From Candidatus Kaiserbacteria bacterium RIFOXYB1_FULL_46_14 (lineage in GTDB: Bacteria > Patescibacteriota > Minisyncoccia > Phycocordibacterales > UBA918), in assembly GCA_001783525.1 (NCBI GenBank), contig MFMS01000006.1, positions 21,074 to 85,073 on the forward strand: a stretch of 64,000 nt of DNA. Reading direction: 5' to 3'. Below are positions 18,148-28,117 of the stretch, one piece after another (within the stretch, counting starts at the first letter, position 1; every line of letters starts with the position of its first letter). The position numbers were made by a program, and so were the translations under genes. The notes under the pieces are model-generated. The model had not been told where the DNA came from, did no database searches, and saw only the letters and a list, made by a program, of their open reading frames with translations.

Positions 18148-19737
18148 ATGTCTGTTTATAAATTTTATCCAAAAGTCCTGCTAGCAACTGTACTACTTTT
18201 TGTAGTCAGCATAAACGGGCTAGCTCATGCACAAATCACTACTGGTCTGACCGATGCCCTCACCAACACTGACCTTTCGAGCAATGATTCTAAAAAAGGC
18301 GACCCGGTACGCGTAGTAGAAGACATTTCTGAAACCTCTACCACCAACCTTATTCGCAACACACTCACTTCACAAAACACCACGGAGATTGCTAAAGGCA
18401 TTGCGGAATTGGTTGAAAAGGAAAAAACTCTAGACCCTTCCGCTTACGCGGCCGCCAAAGAATTGCAGCAGCAACTCAGCAGCGAATTTGTGAAATTTCT
18501 TGGTGGACAAGGGGAGGGGCAGGGTGGCAAAGTGCCGTTTGTGCAAAATTATGGTGCACGCGGCCAAGGAACTGCAGACAAAGTGGCCGGTGCTTATTTG
18601 TTCAATAACAAAGCTGGTGATTCAGGTGGACAATGCAACGTGGAATCATCACACAAAGTACGAACCGCTGTGTATAACTCTTACCTTAAAGCGCGCCAGG
18701 ATGCCGAGCAGGGAGGAGCGCTTGCTTGCCAAACCGAAGAATCTACAGAGCAAAATCAAAACCATACGAGCTTGCTACACAAACTGTTGGGCGACTTCGC
18801 CAACTGCCGTGATGAGCTTTGCCAAGTCTTCGACGGTCAGCGCGAACTATATTCAAGGGCGGTTGTAGCCCAAGCAGACGATCTAGAAGCAATACGAAAC
18901 GCCCAAGGGTTCATCCCCCAGAGAGTTTGTCGTGACGCTAATGATGCCAACGGCCAGTCTCGTCAAATTTGCGATATCGTGACCCCGCCTTCATTGATGG
19001 CTGACGCAGCATCGTTTAACCTAGTACAATTACCAGGTTTGAGCTTACTCAATGTCGACGAGTTTGACGAGGTCGTCTCCAATACAATGTCCAACCTGAC
19101 CAACCAAGTAGTAAACGGGCAAAATGGCGTACTTGGATTGTCTGGCAACTCAGACTACGCGCAAAATACTTTTGGAGAAAGCGGTAATCTTTCTTACGCT
19201 GACGCACTTGCTAAAGACGACATATCTAAGTATCAGAGTGGGGGTGGCGGAGGAAGTGGCGGAGAAAATAATCCAATAGCGAATAAGCTCAGAATAGAAA
19301 AAGAATTTAGCTCAATGATGGAACAAATAGTGAATGACGTCCAAGGTCTTGAGGAGAGGCTCGCCGCTAAGCGTACGGAATTCCGAAGATGTTTTGACCT
19401 AGAACTTCCCAATAGATTAGTTACTACAAAACGGGACGCCGCCATAAGTCTAGAGACATCAACAACGGTTATTGAAGTACTAACTAACCTAAATCAACAA
19501 TACAGCTCGGCTTCCAGTAGTGCCGATCGAAATGATGTCCTACGTGCTTTTATAGAGCTTAGGAATCAGGGAGCATTCCATACCAAGCAGGAAAACCAGG
19601 AACTTAAACTCACCTTCCTCAATCTGACCTTTAAGCAGTGGGTGGAGCGTTTCAAGTACGATACGGCTCTGGAAAGTAAAAGATGTGGCGGCCCATTTGA
19701 TTACGAAGGCGGAGGGGGCGGGGGCGGTAGTATTTAG
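18148..19737 (+). CDS. secreted helical hypothetical protein (T4SS-like cluster)
   Basis: Signal peptide ending AHA-Q; paired Cys; Gly linkers. Confidence 0.75.
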   Translation: MSVYKFYPKVLLATVLLFVVSINGLAHAQITTGLTDALTNTDLSSNDSKKGDPVRVVEDISETSTTNLIRNTLTSQNTTEIAKGIAELVEKEKTLDPSAYAAAKELQQQLSSEFVKFLGGQGEGQGGKVPFVQNYGARGQGTADKVAGAYLFNNKAGDSGGQCNVESSHKVRTAVYNSYLKARQDAEQGGALACQTEESTEQNQNHTSLLHKLLGDFANCRDELCQVFDGQRELYSRAVVAQADDLEAIRNAQGFIPQRVCRDANDANGQSRQICDIVTPPSLMADAASFNLVQLPGLSLLNVDEFDEVVSNTMSNLTNQVVNGQNGVLGLSGNSDYAQNTFGESGNLSYADALAKDDISKYQSGGGGGSGGENNPIANKLRIEKEFSSMMEQIVNDVQGLEERLAAKRTEFRRCFDLELPNRLVTTKRDAAISLETSTTVIEVLTNLNQQYSSASSSADRNDVLRAFIELRNQGAFHTKQENQELKLTFLNLTFKQWVERFKYDTALESKRCGGPFDYEGGGGGGGSI

Positions 19738-19749
19738 GTCCAGATAATT

Positions 19750-22008
19750 ATGATGCGGTTTTTACAAACACTCCTGCTTACTTTCTCACTAGTAGTCTTT
19801 ACGGCGGGCACCTTTATCGTACTTGCACCACAAGCAAGCGCCGCCGCACCTATTCCGCTTCCACAACAAAGTGACCAACAGCTGGATGAACCCGGCACGC
19901 GTATAAATACTCCGGAGAAATTACAGTTCAGTACCATATCTGGATGGGTATATAACACCCTTAAGGGAATTGGCGGTCTATTTGCCTATCTTGGAGGCAG
20001 TCTGTTTGATTACAGTCTTTCCTTGTTTGTAATGGACATGCGCGGAACCTCTGACGACTGGGGAATCACGACTGTGATCGACGAGATCTGGAAACTGGTC
20101 AGAGATATATTCAACCTATTGTTTATTTTTGGACTTATCCTGGCTGGTTTCAAACTCATCTTAGGAACTGACGAAAACGGTGCCAAACGTACGCTTGGCA
20201 CCATTATCATTGCTGCACTCTTAATCAACTTCAGTCTTTACGCTACCAAAGTGGTGGTGGACTTCGGCAACATTATGGCATCGGAAATGGCCACCTTGCT
20301 TAAAACCGAATCATCTGAGAATCCCACTAATACAAACAATGAGACCGGGGGATTAAAGGTGACTAACATTTCTGATAGTTTTGTAAAAAAAATAAACCCT
20401 CAACAAATCGTAGATAACTCATTCACATTAGAAAGAAGCGCCATTGAGGGTAATGTTATTGCGCTCAAAAGTGCCAAGGGAGAGTTAGACATAATGGACG
20501 CCCTAATAATGGGTTTAACATCTGCCTTTACCTTGACTCTGATCGGTTTCGTTTTTGCGGCTGGAGCATTCTTGATGTTTACGCGTTTTATGTACCTGCT
20601 TTTCCTGATGATGTTTTCACCAATAATGTTCCTGGGTTTTGTTCTACCTAATTTTAAGAAGAGAAGTAGTGACTGGTGGAACAAACTTTTTACGCAGACA
20701 CTGCTTGGTCCTGCCTACTTGTTTATGTTGTACATAGCTCTGAAAGCACTCGAGAATATGGAGGACATTCAGTCAGACAGTACCCTGATCAGCTACGTAC
20801 TGCTATGTATCGTAGTATGCGGCTTTGCTTGGGCCGCGCTTCTTGCGGCGCAATCAATGGGTGCCATGGGTGCCGATACAGCTGTCAAACTTGGGACAAG
20901 TTGGGGTAAGACAGTCAGAGGAGGGGTGACAGGGTTTGCCGGTAGAAAGCTCATCGGACAAGCGGCTGATAGTTGGAATCAAGGAATGGAAAAACGTGGT
21001 GTCTCTGAACAAAATGTCTTTAGACGATTTAGTTCAAACCTTGCTGGAGCAAAGTTTGGTGGTTCTGCTTCGAGTACACAGATACGAACCGCTGGGGAAA
21101 AAGCGGATCAGAAAAAGGCTCGTTATGAACAACTTTACGGAAAGCAGGTCAAGGGCGCAGCGCCAGGTACATTTAGAGGTGGGGTGATACAAGCTATTTC
21201 GGCAGGAACTACTGGCAGTCCGACTGATGATCAGAAGATTGCCATGGAGCGTTCTATCTCTGGATTAAACAATGAACAGCTTATAGAAATGCTCGGGGAA
21301 CACAAAACTGGTACCACTGAGTATGCTGCGATCGTTAAAAATATGTCTGATTCACAATACGAGACTGCCATGAAGGCCAAGCCGGAAGAGTTAGACGACA
21401 ATCTTAAGGACCAACTCACCAAAGACAAGCAAGCCGCAATCAAACAAAGTGGTTTCGAAGCGGAAATGAAAAAAGACGAAGACGCTAGGGCGGAGGCCTT
21501 TAGAAGCGGTGCTACTCCAGAACCATCCAGAAGCGATGAGAAGAAAATTGCCGACGCGTTCAAAGGTTACTCTGATGCCAAACTAAAAATACTAGGCGCT
21601 GACGAAATCGTTACACATGCCATAGATCTCAAACAATCGCAGTTTGACGATATAATGAAAAATAAAGACTACACAGATACCGAGAGAGGCCGTATCAAAA
21701 CAGCTCGCGAGGATGGCTTGTGGAATCTGTTTAATAAGGACGCGACCAGTAGAAGCGGTCTGTTTAAAAGCTTGCAGGACAAAGACATCGCAAACCTACC
21801 CAAGAAAATCATTACTGATGACCGCGCAGCTTTATACTTGACCGGTGGAGCCTTGAAAAAAATTGCCGACGACGAGAAGCTAAATGAAGGTGATAGAGAG
21901 AAGGTTAAAATTGAAATCAAGAAGAATGAACTTAGCGGTAGTAAACCTACGGCGGTAAAATACTTAAAATCCCCACAAGGTCAAGAACGATATGGAATCT
22001 GGAAATAA
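19750..22008 (+). CDS. VirB6/TrbL-like polytopic membrane protein with long charged C-terminal extension
   Basis: WKLVRDIFN, ALLINFS and R-x-LFLMMFSP...WW membrane-core pattern; upstream of PrgI/VirB4. Confidence 0.7.
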   Translation: MMRFLQTLLLTFSLVVFTAGTFIVLAPQASAAAPIPLPQQSDQQLDEPGTRINTPEKLQFSTISGWVYNTLKGIGGLFAYLGGSLFDYSLSLFVMDMRGTSDDWGITTVIDEIWKLVRDIFNLLFIFGLILAGFKLILGTDENGAKRTLGTIIIAALLINFSLYATKVVVDFGNIMASEMATLLKTESSENPTNTNNETGGLKVTNISDSFVKKINPQQIVDNSFTLERSAIEGNVIALKSAKGELDIMDALIMGLTSAFTLTLIGFVFAAGAFLMFTRFMYLLFLMMFSPIMFLGFVLPNFKKRSSDWWNKLFTQTLLGPAYLFMLYIALKALENMEDIQSDSTLISYVLLCIVVCGFAWAALLAAQSMGAMGADTAVKLGTSWGKTVRGGVTGFAGRKLIGQAADSWNQGMEKRGVSEQNVFRRFSSNLAGAKFGGSASSTQIRTAGEKADQKKARYEQLYGKQVKGAAPGTFRGGVIQAISAGTTGSPTDDQKIAMERSISGLNNEQLIEMLGEHKTGTTEYAAIVKNMSDSQYETAMKAKPEELDDNLKDQLTKDKQAAIKQSGFEAEMKKDEDARAEAFRSGATPEPSRSDEKKIADAFKGYSDAKLKILGADEIVTHAIDLKQSQFDDIMKNKDYTDTERGRIKTAREDGLWNLFNKDATSRSGLFKSLQDKDIANLPKKIITDDRAALYLTGGALKKIADDEKLNEGDREKVKIEIKKNELSGSKPTAVKYLKSPQGQERYGIWK

Positions 22009-22588
22009 CAGACACGAGCTGTATAAAGCAGCCCCGGACAATATCAAAGATTTATACTCTGGTGAAGACACAGGGGAGCTTTTGTGGAACATAGCAATAA
22101 GTATAGGCATAAACGGGGGTGATTCATATAGGAAATTTGCACTAGCAGTTGGAGACATCATATTGGGTCTCTACAAAAAAGATTCTCTGGCACAGATCTT
22201 AAAAGACCGATTGCAATTAAATGTAGTGCAGATAAACGAGGTGATAACTAGACTTAAACCTCTATTAGAGCGCATACCAGAACTGCCTAATAGCCCCTCT
22301 GGGCCAGTTATATTTACCCCCGTAACATCCGGCCCTTTGCCCGTCGAGACTCCAGATTCTATCGAAGCCAAGCCGATCAACACAAATACCGAACCAGAAT
22401 CTGCGACCAATCAGCAAATAGCCCAGGTATCGAATGAACCAACCGTCAAACCACTACGCACATTTGCCGATGATGTCGGACTGAGTAGGGCACACGGCTA
22501 TGGAGCGTTTCGAAGTGCGGAAGTGAGCGGCGAGAGAGAAGACAAAGTAGTACATAAATCATCTCAGGATGACCTTGTTAAAAAGTAG
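21992..22588 (+). CDS. hypothetical protein
   Basis: 198-aa ORF overlapping the upstream stop; Pro-rich linker. Confidence 0.75.
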   Translation: MESGNNRHELYKAAPDNIKDLYSGEDTGELLWNIAISIGINGGDSYRKFALAVGDIILGLYKKDSLAQILKDRLQLNVVQINEVITRLKPLLERIPELPNSPSGPVIFTPVTSGPLPVETPDSIEAKPINTNTEPESATNQQIAQVSNEPTVKPLRTFADDVGLSRAHGYGAFRSAEVSGEREDKVVHKSSQDDLVKK

Positions 22589-22649
22589 TAGGTCTGTAAT
22601 GTAGAAAAAGACCTACTCGGATATATCCCGAATAGGTCTTGGCGGTTAG

Positions 22650-23039
22650 TTACTCATTCTCGCGCCTCTTCACTTCCCTAAGTGCCAGCACAGCAATCGA
22701 TTGAGTCTCCGTAGTTTCTGCTATCTCCCTAAGTGAAGCAGTTGGTACATAGGGAAACTTCATCAATTCATCGAATGCTAGGATCCTAACCTTCTCAGTT
22801 ACACAGTGCCAGTAGACATTGTGAAGCTCATGCCAATGTTTAACCGTGGGATCTTTCATCCATGCATGGAATGCCATCTCAGCAACCTTGGCTGACATGG
22901 ACTTCATAGCGATAGATAAAAGTTCACTACGTACTTTATCAGCTCCAAACTTCATCAATTCCTTAAATGCCGGTTCGGCGATCTCAGTCTTTCCACTGTG
23001 TGCTTGCGAAAAAAGAGTCCTTATTTGATCGTCGTTCAT
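22650..23039 (-). CDS. orphan helical-repeat (HEAT-like) protein
   Basis: SD AAGGAG before ATG 23039; repeated AFKELMKF/AFHAWMKD/AFDELMKF units. Confidence 0.65.
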   Translation of the reverse strand: MNDDQIRTLFSQAHSGKTEIAEPAFKELMKFGADKVRSELLSIAMKSMSAKVAEMAFHAWMKDPTVKHWHELHNVYWHCVTEKVRILAFDELMKFPYVPTASLREIAETTETQSIAVLALREVKRRENE

Positions 23040-23187
23040 TTCTCTTCTCCTTTTCTTCTGGACCATTCCAGCTAAAACTAAGCTGGCACAGAAAATGGAT
23101 AAAGTCAAATTTTGCCGCTGCTCAAGCTTATCTTAAAGTATAAACGCGCTATGCAAGTCTTTTTAAGTTACTATTGAATCGCAAGAA

Positions 23188-23297
23188 TTTAGTCGAGAGC
23201 ATGGTCATGGTACGTTCCAAAGCGAGGAAGTGAGCGATGAGAAAGAGGACAACACCCAATTCATCGCTCTAGTCAGGATGATATAATTGGGAAGTAA
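23188..23297 (+). pseudogene. diverged, frameshifted duplicate of the 3' end of gene 21992..22588
   Basis: FSREHGHGTFQSEEVSDEKEDN/IHRSSQDDIIGK* versus LSRAHGYGAFRSAEVSGEREDKVVHKSSQDDLVKK*. Confidence 0.8.
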
Positions 23298-23390
23298 AAA
23301 GTTAAAAAAACAAAGCGAAAAGTAGCTGTGCGGCGGCTTTGCCGCCGCACGGACTTGCAACTTTGAACTTTATGCTTTCAACTTAACTTT

Positions 23391-23801
23391 ATGAGATTTG
23401 AAGTACCACAATTCATTGAGATTGAAGATAAAATCTTTGGTCCTTTGACTTGGAAACAATTCATCTATGTTGCCGGCGGCAGTGGACTGGCGGTAGTGTT
23501 GTTTTTCTTCACACCATTCTTGGTGTTTATACTTTTTGGAATTCCAGTTGCCGCGCTAACATTCCTGCTTAGTTTCTACCCGGTCAATAATCGCCCTTTT
23601 TCAATCTTTATGGAGTCGGCTATTCGCTACTTTCAGGGAGCCAAGCTCTACTTATGGAGAAAACGTGGCACCGGTGTCTATCGCGGGGCAGCGGCTGATG
23701 AGGCAGGCACCCCTGCATATATGCCACCCTCTCCCACAGGAAACATAGCCTCAATCTCAAGGCGACTCGAACTTAAGGCCATTCAAAAAGACATCCACTA
23801 A
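23391..23801 (+). CDS. PrgI family protein (VirB3-like)
   Basis: VPQFIEIEDKIFGPLTWKQF followed by two TM segments. Confidence 0.9.
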   Translation: MRFEVPQFIEIEDKIFGPLTWKQFIYVAGGSGLAVVLFFFTPFLVFILFGIPVAALTFLLSFYPVNNRPFSIFMESAIRYFQGAKLYLWRKRGTGVYRGAAADEAGTPAYMPPSPTGNIASISRRLELKAIQKDIH

Positions 23802-23832
23802 GCACCTTGCGCGGGATGTTATTATTATCAGG

Positions 23833-24471
23833 ATGCCGGAGAAAAATAACACTACGCAAAATTTTGTGCCTCTGCGCGACATCAAAGATAATGTCGTGAT
23901 TTTAAAAAATGGCCAAATGAACATGGTGCTTCTAGCTTCGTCGATTAACTTTGCCTTGAAGTCGGTTGACGAGCAGGAGGCGATTTTGCGACAGTTTCAA
24001 GCCTTTTTAAACACGATTGATTTTTCTCTGCAATTTTATATTCAATCACGCCGCCTCGATATACAGCCGTATCTCGACACTTTGGCCGCTCGTGAGAGCA
24101 AGCAAGACAACGACCTAATGCGTATCCAGCTGCGTGAATATATGCAGTTTGTGAAAACCTTCACGACTGAAGTCGATGTCATGAGTAAGAGTTTTTTTAT
24201 TGTTATTCCTTACACACCAGTAACCGCCAACATCCAATCTAGTATAGGTAGTTTCAAAGAGCTGCTTGGCGGGCAAAAGAATGTATATTTTGATGACAAG
24301 AATTTTGCTGAACATAAGTTACAGCTTCAGCAGAGAACCGCATTGGTAGAACAAGGCCTATCGGCAATTGGCGTACGAACAATCTTGCTTCAAAGCGAAG
24401 AGCTAGTTGAACTGTATTATCATATCTTTAACCCAAGCGAGGCAGGAAACTTAGCACCGTCCAACAAATAG
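23833..24471 (+). CDS. VirB4-associated TraC/TraE N-terminal-like protein
   Basis: SSINFALKSVDEQEAI...FLNTIDFSLQFYIQSR; lies between PrgI and VirB4. Confidence 0.8.
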   Translation: MPEKNNTTQNFVPLRDIKDNVVILKNGQMNMVLLASSINFALKSVDEQEAILRQFQAFLNTIDFSLQFYIQSRRLDIQPYLDTLAARESKQDNDLMRIQLREYMQFVKTFTTEVDVMSKSFFIVIPYTPVTANIQSSIGSFKELLGGQKNVYFDDKNFAEHKLQLQQRTALVEQGLSAIGVRTILLQSEELVELYYHIFNPSEAGNLAPSNK

Positions 24472-24475
24472 CAAT

Positions 24476-26275
24476 ATGGGAATTTTTGACTTAATCAAAC
24501 AGAAAAGTGGTATTGGTGAAAAGGTGATAGACACCGAGAGCGCTTTGATGACACTTGAAGATGTGGTGGCACCTTCAGCTATTAAGGTTCAGCCCCGAAG
24601 TATCAATGTTAGTGGGCAAAACGCCCGTGTATTTTTTACCGTCTCTTATCCTCGTTACTTAAACGACGGCTGGCTCGAACCAATCCTAAACATTGAGCGC
24701 GAGATGGATGTTTCAATAATGATCCACCCAATCGATACCGCAGAAACCTTGAAGAAATTTCAAAAAAAGGTAGCCGAGGTGCAGAGTCAGATAAACATGA
24801 ACGAGGAAAAGGGCATGGTGCGTGACCCTCAACTCGAGGCTGCCTACCGAAACCTTGAAGATTTGCGTGACAAGCTGCAACAGGCCGAGGAGAAATTGTT
24901 TGATGTTGGTCTTTACGTGGCTGTTTATGGCGCAAGTGAAGAAATTCTTAATGAGACCGAATCAGAGATAAAGGGTATTCTTGATTCCCGCCTGGTCTAT
25001 CTAAAGCCAGCACTCTTTCAGCAGGAGCAGGGCTTCCGCAGTGTTATACCGACTGGATCTGATGAGCTAATGGTGCACAGCAAGTTCAACTCGAGCCCAC
25101 TTTCTAGCTTTTTTCCATTTACTTCATTCGACCTCACTAGTGACACCGGGATTCTTTACGGCATCAATCGCCACAATTCTTCTCTAGTACTCTTCGACCG
25201 TTTTGCTTTGACCAACTACAACTCTGTCACCTTTGCTACCTCCGGTGCCGGCAAATCGTACACTACAAAGCTTGAGATTCTACGCTCTTTGATGTTTGGG
25301 ACTGAAGTGATAGTGATCGACCCCGAGAGGGAATACGAGCACTTGGCCGAAGCGACCGGCGGGCGCTTCTTCAACATTTCTCTTTCTAGTAGCCACCACA
25401 TCAACCCTTTTGACTTGCCTGATCCACAAGAAGACGAAGCGCCAGAAGACGTTTTACGCTCACACATCATTGAACTAATTGGTTTGTTTAGGTTGATGCT
25501 TGGTGGTCTTTCACCGGAAGAAGAAACAATTATTGATCAGGCTCTGCATGAAGTTTATGCCCTTAAGGACATCAATGGCGACGTCAGTTGGCAAGGTTTG
25601 GAGCCGCCACTCCTTTCTGACTTTGAAATGGTATTGGCAGGAATGGAAGGTAGCGATTCACTCATCGCCCGTCTCCAAAAGTACACGGCTGGCACTTGGT
25701 CGGGCTTTATGAACAAGCCTACCAACGTTGATATCCACCAGAAATTTATCGTTTTCAGCTTGCGAGACATGGAGGATGAGCTGAAGACAATTGCGATGTA
25801 TATCATCACAAACCACATCTGGAATATGATTAGACGCCGCCTCCAGAAGCGCCTTCTCGTGATCGACGAGGCTTGGTGGATGATGAAGAGCGAAGATACG
25901 GCATCGTTCCTTTTCTCACTCGCCAAGCGCGGCCGTAAATACTATCTAGGCATAGCTACCATTACTCAAGACGTTGACGACTTCCTTCGCTCTCCGTACG
26001 GCGTGCCAATGATTACCAATTCTTCATTGCAATTTTTGATGAAGCAATCAGCTACCTCGATTGATCTGGTGCAACGCACCTTTAACCTAACGGACGAGGA
26101 AAAACTTCTACTTCTAGAGAGCAACGTGGGGGAGGGCATATTTTTCGTTGGACTTAAACACGTCGCCATCAAGGTGATTGCGAGTTACACAGAGGACCAG
26201 ATTATTACCTCTGATCCTTCACAAATTCTCCAGATCAAGCAGGCCCGAGAGGAGCTTCAAGCGGCTCAAAAATAA
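24476..26275 (+). CDS. VirB4/TraE-like secretion ATPase
   Basis: ATSGAGKS Walker A, VIDPERE, INPFD, IDEAW and RKY...ITQ motifs. Confidence 0.92.
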   Translation: MGIFDLIKQKSGIGEKVIDTESALMTLEDVVAPSAIKVQPRSINVSGQNARVFFTVSYPRYLNDGWLEPILNIEREMDVSIMIHPIDTAETLKKFQKKVAEVQSQINMNEEKGMVRDPQLEAAYRNLEDLRDKLQQAEEKLFDVGLYVAVYGASEEILNETESEIKGILDSRLVYLKPALFQQEQGFRSVIPTGSDELMVHSKFNSSPLSSFFPFTSFDLTSDTGILYGINRHNSSLVLFDRFALTNYNSVTFATSGAGKSYTTKLEILRSLMFGTEVIVIDPEREYEHLAEATGGRFFNISLSSSHHINPFDLPDPQEDEAPEDVLRSHIIELIGLFRLMLGGLSPEEETIIDQALHEVYALKDINGDVSWQGLEPPLLSDFEMVLAGMEGSDSLIARLQKYTAGTWSGFMNKPTNVDIHQKFIVFSLRDMEDELKTIAMYIITNHIWNMIRRRLQKRLLVIDEAWWMMKSEDTASFLFSLAKRGRKYYLGIATITQDVDDFLRSPYGVPMITNSSLQFLMKQSATSIDLVQRTFNLTDEEKLLLLESNVGEGIFFVGLKHVAIKVIASYTEDQIITSDPSQILQIKQAREELQAAQK

Positions 26276-26278
26276 CCT

Positions 26279-26731
26279 ATGGAGGTAAACGTCCAAAATT
26301 TGAAACGAACGGCAATAGTCTGGCAAACTTTTTTGCGTACATTGATGGTAACTTCGGTGTTTTATCTAGCCTTTCAACTCTACTTCGGCATAGCTTGCCT
26401 AACAGGAGCGGCCATACTTTTTGGCATAGATAGTTCTTTCGTACTTACCGGGGCAGACAAGCTTACTTTCGGTACAGCAAGCTCGGCCAGTGGCGTTTTA
26501 TTCATAATAGGTATGGTCGGTGCAATGTTGTGCGGCCTAATCACTTTTGTTGTCTCAGCGGCAATATTTGCGACCAGTAAATGTCGCATTCTCCATGGTT
26601 TTAGCCTGCTCATCCTCGCCGTATGCACCGTTACGTTGCTTATGCCAATTCTTAATTTATTTCCCATAATGTGGTTTTGGAATTGGTACATTGGTTGGTC
26701 AAATTTGAAAATTGCCCAGAGAGGAGCGTGA
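26279..26731 (+). CDS. membrane protein
   Basis: Three to four hydrophobic segments; in operon context. Confidence 0.7.
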   Translation: MEVNVQNLKRTAIVWQTFLRTLMVTSVFYLAFQLYFGIACLTGAAILFGIDSSFVLTGADKLTFGTASSASGVLFIIGMVGAMLCGLITFVVSAAIFATSKCRILHGFSLLILAVCTVTLLMPILNLFPIMWFWNWYIGWSNLKIAQRGA

Positions 26732-26743
26732 TATTATATTTGA

Positions 26744-27484
26744 ATGAGACCATTGCTAGCATTGCTACTCATGGCCAGTCTTAGCTGGCCACTTTCCACA
26801 AACGCCTTTACTTCTGGTTTGTTTCAGCTACTCAAAGTTGGTGGTGAAAGCAAAACAAGTGAGCAGACCACCACCACACCCGCCAACATGCGCATGGACT
26901 TGGTAGTAGAAGCAGAGACTTACACACCACATTTTTATCGTGGCCGAGCTGAGCCAGTAGCTGGCGCAATAATGCGCCTAGTAGCTTTACCAGAAGATAC
27001 AACTGCGGTGGTTAAGTATCGTTGGCAGGTCGGAGGAAAAACGATAAGCGAAGATAGTCAAACAATAAGAGTAACCGCCCCTAGCGGAGTCAACGAAGTG
27101 GTGGTGGATGTTTCCGCTTTGGACAAAAATGGCAACGTTGCAGGTCGCACTACCAACTACGTACCGTTATCTACTCCTTCATTGTCTTTTTATGAAGTGA
27201 ATCCTCTGCGTGGAGTTTCAGCAATAGCAATAACTAGCAATCTAACCCTAATCGGTGATGAGGTCACGGTGCACAGTGAGCCATATTTTATAAACTCTCT
27301 CTCATTAACTAACGTAATCGGTGAATGGAACACCGGCCAGTTAAACAATGTTCCTAACGACGACTGGAGTACTATGACGATTCTTCGTACCAACGACGTG
27401 TCCAGTACAAGAGTGACCCTGCAGGGTAGCAACCCCAGCACCCTTACCGAGACATTTGGCGGGAGCTTTATATTAGAAATATGA
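26744..27484 (+). CDS. secreted beta-rich hypothetical protein
   Basis: Signal peptide; EAETYTPHFYRGRA and YRWQV Ig/PKD-like pattern. Confidence 0.75.
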   Translation: MRPLLALLLMASLSWPLSTNAFTSGLFQLLKVGGESKTSEQTTTTPANMRMDLVVEAETYTPHFYRGRAEPVAGAIMRLVALPEDTTAVVKYRWQVGGKTISEDSQTIRVTAPSGVNEVVVDVSALDKNGNVAGRTTNYVPLSTPSLSFYEVNPLRGVSAIAITSNLTLIGDEVTVHSEPYFINSLSLTNVIGEWNTGQLNNVPNDDWSTMTILRTNDVSSTRVTLQGSNPSTLTETFGGSFILEI

Positions 27485-28113
27485 AACGATACATTCTATT
27501 AATAGCCGTAGCGATGATCTTACCAGTTGTTGTCTTTGGTGCGGAAGGGACAACTGTAAATACTTTTATAGACAATATACCGTTCTTGAGTGGAGAAAAA
27601 ACTACCCAAGCCTTTGTGGACGCGATGTACAAACTAGCCATTGCTCTAGCTTCTATCATCGTGGTGATTCGTCTGATGATGGCTGGCGCTAAGTATATGT
27701 TGTCTGACGTTGTGTCTAGTAAAAGTAAGGCTAAGGAGGATATAAAGAACGCACTTTTTGGACTTTTGATTATTCTTGGAGCAGTGCTGTTACTCGGCAC
27801 CATTAACCCAAAATTAGTCGGGTTAAACTTTTTAAACGACGCGTCTAAACTAGACATAAAAAATCAAGACACCGACGTAATAGATAAGATTAAACTCAAG
27901 CCAGGAGACTCCATTACAGGAGCGAGACTCGCCGCCACATGCAACACTGGTCTTGTTTCAACACAAGACCAGTGTGTAAAAGACAACCTGGAACAGGTAT
28001 TGCGCAGCTGTAAAAATAATGGTGGCAGTAGGCTCAATAAGTATGTCACGCCCGGTATTAGCTATGAATCCGGTGCTATTGGTTACTCCTACTATTCATA
28101 TGCCTGCGAATAA
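27481..28113 (+). CDS. T4SS pilin (TrbC/VirB2-like) with Cys-containing C-terminal domain
   Basis: AGAKYMLS...KSKAKEDIKNALFGLLIILGAVLLLGTINP. Confidence 0.8.
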   Translation: MKRYILLIAVAMILPVVVFGAEGTTVNTFIDNIPFLSGEKTTQAFVDAMYKLAIALASIIVVIRLMMAGAKYMLSDVVSSKSKAKEDIKNALFGLLIILGAVLLLGTINPKLVGLNFLNDASKLDIKNQDTDVIDKIKLKPGDSITGARLAATCNTGLVSTQDQCVKDNLEQVLRSCKNNGGSRLNKYVTPGISYESGAIGYSYYSYACE

Positions 28114-28117
28114 CACT

